Source: a virus (Duplodnaviria > Caudoviricetes). From it: 64,000 nucleotides of DNA. Shown here in pieces: positions 57,844 through 64,000 of this stretch (positions are counted from its first letter, which is position 1; each line of letters opens with the position of its first letter). The stretch spans positions 133,240-197,239 of the IMG/VR virus record IMGVR_UViG_3300020576_006124; one strand, given 5' to 3'. A model generated the notes under the pieces. The model was given only the letters and a program-made list of their open reading frames with translations. It was not told where the DNA came from and did no database searches. The position numbers were made by a program, and so were the translations under genes.

Positions 57844-58656
57844 ATGATAAAAGCTATCAAAGCGATTGGGGACATTCATGGAGATTATGATAGATTCTCC
57901 CAGATATTACATGAAGATGACTTGGTTGATTCCGAAAATAATTGGGTAGCCAAAAATACAACTCTCATCCTTACAGGCGATTACGTGGACAGACATCCTC
58001 AGGGATTAGAAGTTCTCAGAATGATTATCAAAATACAAAAACAAGCTGAGGATCTTAATTCAAAAGTTGTTGCTTTATTAGGGAATCATGACGCCCTGTT
58101 TTTAGCTAAATACCTATCTTTAGATTATCTCCCAGAAGAAATTCCCTATGAACTAAATGAGAATTTCGAATACAATGGAGGTTTATTAAGAGAGATCAAT
58201 TCTCTTCATCTATACCCAGAGATAATTAAATGGCTTTCTTCCCTTCCACTAATGTACTCTTATTCAAATATTCTGTTCCAGCATTGCGACTCAATGAATC
58301 TCTATCTTAATCTTAGAGAGAATGAGGAAGACAGAATAGATGATATTAATAAGGTAGCTGCTGAGAAGCTAAAAACCATGACAGGGTCTTATCAACTTTG
58401 GTGCGATATGACTGATGCCAGAAATTGGGACCTTCCTCATTACCTGAATGGACATAAGGAAGCAGAGCAACATAATCTTAATAAACTTAGAGACTATCTT
58501 TACTTTTTTGATTGTTCCTTCGTTGTACATGGTCATACCAGACACGAAAAAAATAAACCTCTTTACTCTATGGATAACCTGTCTGTAAATATAGATGGAT
58601 CCCTTTCATGCGCCTATACTAAGAGTAAGGATAGAGGCTTTATCTGGTCCCTTTAG
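57844..58656 (+). CDS. Calcineurin-like metallophosphoesterase
   Basis: GDIHG, GDYVDR, GNHD, HGHT. Confidence 0.9.
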   Translation: MIKAIKAIGDIHGDYDRFSQILHEDDLVDSENNWVAKNTTLILTGDYVDRHPQGLEVLRMIIKIQKQAEDLNSKVVALLGNHDALFLAKYLSLDYLPEEIPYELNENFEYNGGLLREINSLHLYPEIIKWLSSLPLMYSYSNILFQHCDSMNLYLNLRENEEDRIDDINKVAAEKLKTMTGSYQLWCDMTDARNWDLPHYLNGHKEAEQHNLNKLRDYLYFFDCSFVVHGHTRHEKNKPLYSMDNLSVNIDGSLSCAYTKSKDRGFIWSL

Positions 58657-58658
58657 AT

Positions 58659-59069
58659 ATGAGTACAGAAGAAAGGATTAAGAGTCTTGAAGTAATATAT
58701 AAATTAGAAGATTCCTTATGTATCCTAAAGCAATCTATTCTTAATTCTCTTTATTCAGAAATAATTACCATTAGTAAGAACCTTAATTATAAAAACTTTA
58801 CTGTACTTAAAAAAGAGATCCCTGGAGCTCTCCTTATAGTACACAATTCTAGTACTATTGCCAGAATGTATTTGTTGAGGTCTAAATCAAGGCAAGTCTG
58901 TCTTGTTCTTAGAGGGATTAGCACATTCGACGATCCTATCATGTTTATATCCTTCGGAGATAAAATTAAAGTTCCTTGGTTTCTTGTGCTCAGCGATGAA
59001 GAACGGAATTACCTATTAGATCTCTCTAGGTTAGTTTGCAATCTACTTGGAAAGATTCCCAATGACTGA
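58659..59069 (+). CDS. Hypothetical protein
   Basis: 136-aa ORF. Confidence 0.55.
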   Translation: MSTEERIKSLEVIYKLEDSLCILKQSILNSLYSEIITISKNLNYKNFTVLKKEIPGALLIVHNSSTIARMYLLRSKSRQVCLVLRGISTFDDPIMFISFGDKIKVPWFLVLSDEERNYLLDLSRLVCNLLGKIPND

Positions 59070-59811
59070 GAAAGAGGAAAACTCACAATACTGCCTAAAA
59101 TCTACAGCCCTAATTCACTGTTTGAAACTACTGAGAGAAAAGGTACTTATAAAAACCATTAAAGAACAAGTACCATTTGTAAAAGAAGTTACCATTGAAC
59201 ATTCAACAAATACTATTACTATTTACTTGATCTTAGATAAATTAGGTATTCCTAAGTCAATCATTGAAATTCGTAGCATAAGTAATTTTGTTGATTTAAA
59301 AATTAAAACCAAAAGAAGAACCTTAACACACATGTTCTTTTATGTAGATGATGGTGAGTTATGCAAAATTCCCTCAGGTTCACTTAATCTAGAAAAAGAA
59401 GAAGTAAATAAAATAGTCAAAATAGTTAGAAAGCTGTACACTATACTTAGTAATTTTAGGTCTGATAAAACTACTGTATTCTTAATTGAAAATCTGAATA
59501 AAACTCAATACTCCTTAGATAAGGAAACTCTTTTTCATCTTCTTAAAATTGAGATTATAAGTAAATTTATACTGTATTCTAGTAGTTTTTCTATAGATCT
59601 CTCAGAAGGGGCTAATAGAATAGGCATAGTTTGTTTCAATGGAAATGTTTCCTTAATTTTACATAATTCAAAGGATGCTTTCCAATATAGCTGGGATGGA
59701 AAGCTATTAAAACCAGTAGAAAACCAGGAAGAATCTTTTAATAAAATACCCAATATTTCTAACAAAACTAAGGAAAAGATTTATTCTATTTTACAGCATC
59801 TCCGAAAATGA
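59062..59811 (+). CDS. Hypothetical protein
   Basis: ATG 59062 overlaps the previous gene end. Confidence 0.55.
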   Translation: MTEKEENSQYCLKSTALIHCLKLLREKVLIKTIKEQVPFVKEVTIEHSTNTITIYLILDKLGIPKSIIEIRSISNFVDLKIKTKRRTLTHMFFYVDDGELCKIPSGSLNLEKEEVNKIVKIVRKLYTILSNFRSDKTTVFLIENLNKTQYSLDKETLFHLLKIEIISKFILYSSSFSIDLSEGANRIGIVCFNGNVSLILHNSKDAFQYSWDGKLLKPVENQEESFNKIPNISNKTKEKIYSILQHLRK

Positions 59812-60260
59812 AAGAAGATTTACAGAACCTTAGAGAAACTGTATATAAACTAAATCTAATATTTCAACAAGTAGCGATATCTCTAATTAATGCAAGAAGA
59901 CAAATTAATAACTTAATCTTCTTAGAGCTTAAGAGAAGTAGTCTCTTAAAAACATTATCATATGAAATAATTCAATACGAACACATACATGCTTCCAGAA
60001 TAAGTTCAATAAAGGAGGATCCTTTTAACAAAACAAGGAAAGGTTTAGTTATAGAAATAAATTCAGACGGTATAAAATTTCATTCCTTAAATAGAAATGA
60101 CCTTACAAAACCCATTCTCCATAATTCATGTGTTACTGAGATTCTTCTTCAGAATGTGAAGCATGATATAGTAAAAAATTTAGATCCAGATGATACTTTT
60201 ATCCTCGTAGTAGATGAAGTTTTTAAAGTTCTTAGTAAGATTCTTATTAATACTATTTAG
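59808..60260 (+). CDS. Hypothetical protein
   Basis: 150-aa ORF. Confidence 0.55.
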   Translation: MKEDLQNLRETVYKLNLIFQQVAISLINARRQINNLIFLELKRSSLLKTLSYEIIQYEHIHASRISSIKEDPFNKTRKGLVIEINSDGIKFHSLNRNDLTKPILHNSCVTEILLQNVKHDIVKNLDPDDTFILVVDEVFKVLSKILINTI

Positions 60261-60269
60261 GGAGTTTTT

Positions 60270-60359
60270 AGAGAGTTCGCATAGTGGCCTAGTGCATCAT
60301 TCTAGAAAAATGAAGATGGTGAAAGTCATCCAAGGGTTCGAATCCCTTACTCTCTGCCA
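60270..60359 (+). tRNA. tRNA-Ser with AGA anticodon
   Basis: AGAGAGT/ACTCTCT acceptor, G73, long variable arm; TCATT-CTAGAAA-AATGA. Confidence 0.85.
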
Positions 60360-60518
60360 CAACTTTTATGAGAAAGGATGTTCTTGTTGATATAAAAGAG
60401 ATAACACAAGATCTCTTTTTAGCGATCTGCCTTATTATTCTAGCACTTATTTGGTATGTCGTAGATATCTTATTTGAACTATATGAAAAAAGCACTAAGA
60501 TTTTTAGGAGAAGCAAAA

Positions 60519-61214
60519 ATGAAACAACCAATAAAACTTAATTTTTGGGCCCCAACTTTAGTTTCTGATAAGCTTAAGCAACTTTGTTCTTATTATCATG
60601 CATTAGCTGGATCCTCTTATGGAGATTCCTCATACGAAAGACACTTAGACACGGTGGTCGGAACAGTAACTGAAATACTTCAAAGTTATATAAACCAGAG
60701 TTGCTGTAGCCCTATAATTCTTGAGGCCCTGAGTTTATTTCAATTAAACCCTAATATAGAAGTAACTTTTAATTTAGCTACACCTAGAATCCTTAATGGA
60801 CGGACTCTTGAAGAGGCTGCAGCAGGCCATGACCTATTAGAAGATACGGAAGTTCCCGAGGATTTACTTAGATCTATCGTTTCTCCTTTTACTTTTGATA
60901 TTATCAAAGCTCTTACAGTCCCTAAAGGTTATTCTAGAAAAAGGGCTATAAAGGAATTCTATCCTACCTTAAAGAATACCCCTGGAGCAGTTTTTATCAA
61001 ACTAGTTGATAGGGCCGTTAATGTAGCCCTTTCAGGGGAAACTAATAAGGAAAAATTTTTCATGTACCTTAAGGAAAACCCTGAATTCCTAAGAGCTATT
61101 TTTGGTCCTAGAGAAGAAATACAATCCATAGAGTATTTTGAATTATTAGCTTTAGGAGATCTTATTGAAGGTTTTAGGACTTATGGTTATACCTTAGGAG
61201 AAATTTTTATCTAG
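60519..61214 (+). CDS. HD-domain hydrolase (RelA/SpoT hydrolase / Mesh1-like)
   Basis: HAL...SYERHL, GHDLLEDT, IKLVDR. Confidence 0.75.
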   Translation: MKQPIKLNFWAPTLVSDKLKQLCSYYHALAGSSYGDSSYERHLDTVVGTVTEILQSYINQSCCSPIILEALSLFQLNPNIEVTFNLATPRILNGRTLEEAAAGHDLLEDTEVPEDLLRSIVSPFTFDIIKALTVPKGYSRKRAIKEFYPTLKNTPGAVFIKLVDRAVNVALSGETNKEKFFMYLKENPEFLRAIFGPREEIQSIEYFELLALGDLIEGFRTYGYTLGEIFI

Positions 61215-61230
61215 TTGAGGGAAAGGTTCT

Positions 61231-61509
61231 ATGGACATCATCAATCAAAACCTAACTTTAATCTCTGTAATCTTTTTAGGACTTTTTGTCCTTTTCGTAG
61301 TTATTCCTTTCCTTAGAAAGTTTATTTTTAATACTCAGAGCTCAAAGGAATTGGAGGAGAATTTTTCTAAAGGAAGACTAGTAATGGCTCTAACTTTAGT
61401 TCTAGTAGGAATTATAGGGTTATGCAGTTCTTGGTTTTTCAATGTCAAAGAAAAAAAAGAAATGGATAAATCCTTTATTAACCAAAGGGAACAAGCAGCA
61501 TCCAAATGA
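61231..61509 (+). CDS. Two-TM membrane protein
   Basis: Two hydrophobic segments. Confidence 0.6.
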   Translation: MDIINQNLTLISVIFLGLFVLFVVIPFLRKFIFNTQSSKELEENFSKGRLVMALTLVLVGIIGLCSSWFFNVKEKKEMDKSFINQREQAASK

Positions 61510-62335
61510 AAAAAGTCACTCTCTCACTCATCGTCCTCCTTACAGCCATCATTCTTTGGGGATGTAGCTCCAACTATTCAACTGTTCCACCTAACTTTAT
61601 TGGAAAGATCCTTACACCCCAAGGGTGGTCTGATGGAATCATCGAGTCTGGTCAGGTGGATATTGGACAGACTAATGCCAATGGATTAGAAAATACTCTT
61701 GTTCTGGTTGAGAATTCTACTGTAACTGTTAAGGAATCGTTTTCTAAAACTAATGAGGAGGATCATCGCATTAGCACTATGAATCCTGAGAAGAGTCCTC
61801 CACTATCAGTAGACGTTCGTGTTCAGATCGGGCTTCCTACAGAGAAGAATCAGAGAGAGGCTATCTTTTCTATGGTTTCCCCTCAAGGAAGAAGAGAAGG
61901 AACCCCTGGATCTGATAGAAATTCAGAGAGAACCTCTTATATTTATCTAGATTCCATTTACTATAAATTAGAACAGTATTCTCCAGATATAACAACTATA
62001 ATGATCTCATGGCAAACTATTCCAAGTTGAACAATGAGATTTCCCAAGTAGTTAGCTCTTCTTTTAAAGAAACCAAGACTCCTCTTGTACTTCTCTCTGC
62101 AGAAGTTTCCAATATTAAACCTGATGAGGCTATTACTCAAGCTCAAAATCAGCTAGCAGCAGCTCAATCAGAGATTGATCAAATGGATGCTGTTGGCAAG
62201 GCTATTCAGAGAAACCCTAGGTATCTTGAAAAGTATAAGTGGGATGTCATCAGAGAAGCGGCTGGTAAGGGTTCTACAATCATTATTGACGCTTCTGAGA
62301 AGAAAAGTACTACTACAACCCTTCCTCTTAAATAA
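61506..62335 (+). pseudogene. SPFH/band-7 lipoprotein split by a frameshift
   Basis: Lipobox LWGC, TVPPNFIGKI; frame changes near 61965 into IRTVFSRY...; SPFH-type C-terminus. Confidence 0.6.
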
Positions 62336-62492
62336 TGCTACTCCCTAAATCAGTAAAAAACATTATCCCCTCAACTGAGGAGTCGAAAGGACTTAGTACT
62401 AATACAGATTACATTCTTAAGACTTTAGTTTGGATTAACTTTATTCTTACTTTTGTGCTTCTAGTTCTTTTAGTGCTTCTTCTCAAACGACA

Positions 62493-62762
62493 ATGAAAAA
62501 CGTCTACTTTCTCGTCCTGATCTTAGCTTCCTGTGCATTAGTTATATTAGACTTTCCACTAGTAGGCTTAGGCTTATTATTTGCTACTTTCTTATTAATT
62601 CTAGTGTCCTCTTATTTTGAGGACAAAAGTACGCTATCCAATTCCTCAGCAAACTTTGAGTACTATCGTCTTCCTGATGACCCACTTAAAAACGGATTTA
62701 GAGTTAGGAAGAATACTTATCTAAAGCCTGTGGATAATACAATTAATGAAAAATCAACGTGA
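62493..62762 (+). CDS. Small membrane protein
   Basis: Two N-terminal hydrophobic segments. Confidence 0.55.
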   Translation: MKNVYFLVLILASCALVILDFPLVGLGLLFATFLLILVSSYFEDKSTLSNSSANFEYYRLPDDPLKNGFRVRKNTYLKPVDNTINEKST

Positions 62763-63132
62763 GGATAATATCTCTTTCTATTTTAGAGGAGAATCTACAA
62801 GCCTAGACTTGCTAATGCGACACCCCACCCTAGAAGGCTAACTTTCTTTTGTCATGAAGACTTTCACAGAACAAACTCATCAAACATACCCGAGTCAAAT
62901 AAAAAGTCTCAATAATTTAAAGGATTTAATCGAGAATCTTTTACTAACTTTTTCTTAAGAGGAAGAATCCATTTTAGACTTATTTCTTGAGTTAACCTCT
63001 TTAATCATTTCAATTGAGAAAACTATTATTATAGAAACATCTAATAGCTCTGAAGAAATTTACCGGAAAGTAATGGCTGTGCGTCTTCATCTCTTAATTA
63101 AAAAACTTCCTTACCTCCTAAGAAAGCAATTA

Positions 63133-63207
63133 GCCGCTTTAGCTCAAGGGTAGAGCATCCGCTTTGTAAGCGGGAGGTTGGGGGTTCGAATCCCCTAAGC
63201 GGCTCCA
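63133..63207 (+). tRNA. tRNA-Thr(TGT)
   Basis: GCCGCTT/AAGCGGC acceptor; loop TTTGTAA; TCCA end. Confidence 0.9.
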
Positions 63208-63231
63208 AAAAAAAATTTGTTGAGGAAAGAG

Positions 63232-64000
63232 ATGACTCTAGAAGATTCAATAAAGACTTCCTTTTCAGAATTCCCACACCTTTTCTGTATGGGAAACTTT
63301 GAAGATTCACGTATTAAAGTCTTAGATCATTACTTCCTATGTATAGGAAATGGAATGGATTGGGCTTATACAGAAAAACCAGAAAATGGTGGTTATCTGA
63401 CCTATCTTAGGTATAATCAGAAAAATAACAAACAATTATTCAATCCCAACTACGGAGAAGAAAAGTATAAAGGGGTCGAAATAGATAGATTCTTTCAAGA
63501 AATCTTTATTGAAATTAATCCCTTGCTGTCTGGGAAACTGTGGGAAGATTTCTATTACGGGGATTACACAAAGCCTGCAATCTTTAGAGGGTTCCTTTCT
63601 GACTGCCCTAAAGGCATATTGAAAAAAAGTGTTCCCAATGGTGTATTTAGAGTCCACACCAAGACCTCAGAAAGGGGTCTAAAGGACATTCAACTATATG
63701 AAGGTTATGATATTAACCTTAAAGACCCAGAATACGGTATTTGTATTCAATCTGGCACTCCTTGGGATAATTTAGGTCCTTATAAGTTCAAGCCTTATCC
63801 TTTCTCTGCTACTTTATGGCCCCTGGCAGAAATAGATGTTAAATTTATACAGCCTGATTGGAAACAGGGAATGATAGATGTAAAAGAAAAAGCTTTTGAA
63901 TATTACAATAATTCGACTTATGAGGACCAAGTTGAAAGCAGTAATGGCCATAATGCCGGGGTATACTCTCCAGTTCTATACAAGTATAGTGAAGAAGGAA
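63232..64000 (+). CDS. Hypothetical protein (3'-partial)
   Basis: GAGGA RBS, ATG 63232, MTLEDSIKTSFSEFPHLF...; appears open to the window end. Confidence 0.6.
   Translation, partial: MTLEDSIKTSFSEFPHLFCMGNFEDSRIKVLDHYFLCIGNGMDWAYTEKPENGGYLTYLRYNQKNNKQLFNPNYGEEKYKGVEIDRFFQEIFIEINPLLSGKLWEDFYYGDYTKPAIFRGFLSDCPKGILKKSVPNGVFRVHTKTSERGLKDIQLYEGYDINLKDPEYGICIQSGTPWDNLGPYKFKPYPFSATLWPLAEIDVKFIQPDWKQGMIDVKEKAFEYYNNSTYEDQVESSNGHNAGVYSPVLYKYSEEG

Noticed and set aside
62370-62400. Hammerhead core CTGAGGAGTCGAAAGGAC
   Set aside because: No GAAA after stem II, and it lies within a plausible small membrane-protein ORF.
1-64000. Alternative genetic code (stop-codon reassignment)
   Set aside because: Standard-code ORFs tile the window densely, TAA/TAG/TGA all end genes, and no suppressor tRNA was found.

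Overview
64-kb segment of a large tailed (contractile-tail, myovirus-type) bacteriophage genome; the host cannot be determined from this window. Positions 1-27.8 kb (minus strand) hold the virion morphogenesis module: terminase large subunit with two back-to-back inteins, portal, prohead protease/scaffold, capsid decoration protein, major capsid, head-tail proteins, two sheath paralogs, three tube paralogs, tail chaperones and a 5'-partial tape-measure-like gene. 27.9-39 kb holds a 1215-aa protein, an M15 endolysin, SGNH/beta-helix tailspike-like genes and small membrane proteins. After a strand switch at ~43 kb come early/accessory genes, seven tRNAs and several unexplained structured non-coding segments. 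Main discovery: two paralogous, highly divergent single-chain two-barrel (DPBB) RNA polymerase candidates (27893-31540 in the late module, probably virion-packaged; 52663-54894 in the early region). Both have a beta'-type DxDGD barrel N-terminal and a beta-type GK-x5-G-x-K/R barrel C-terminal. A phage-specific late promoter motif (CTCTATW) precedes most structural transcription units. All calls are by-eye motif recognition; no searches were run.
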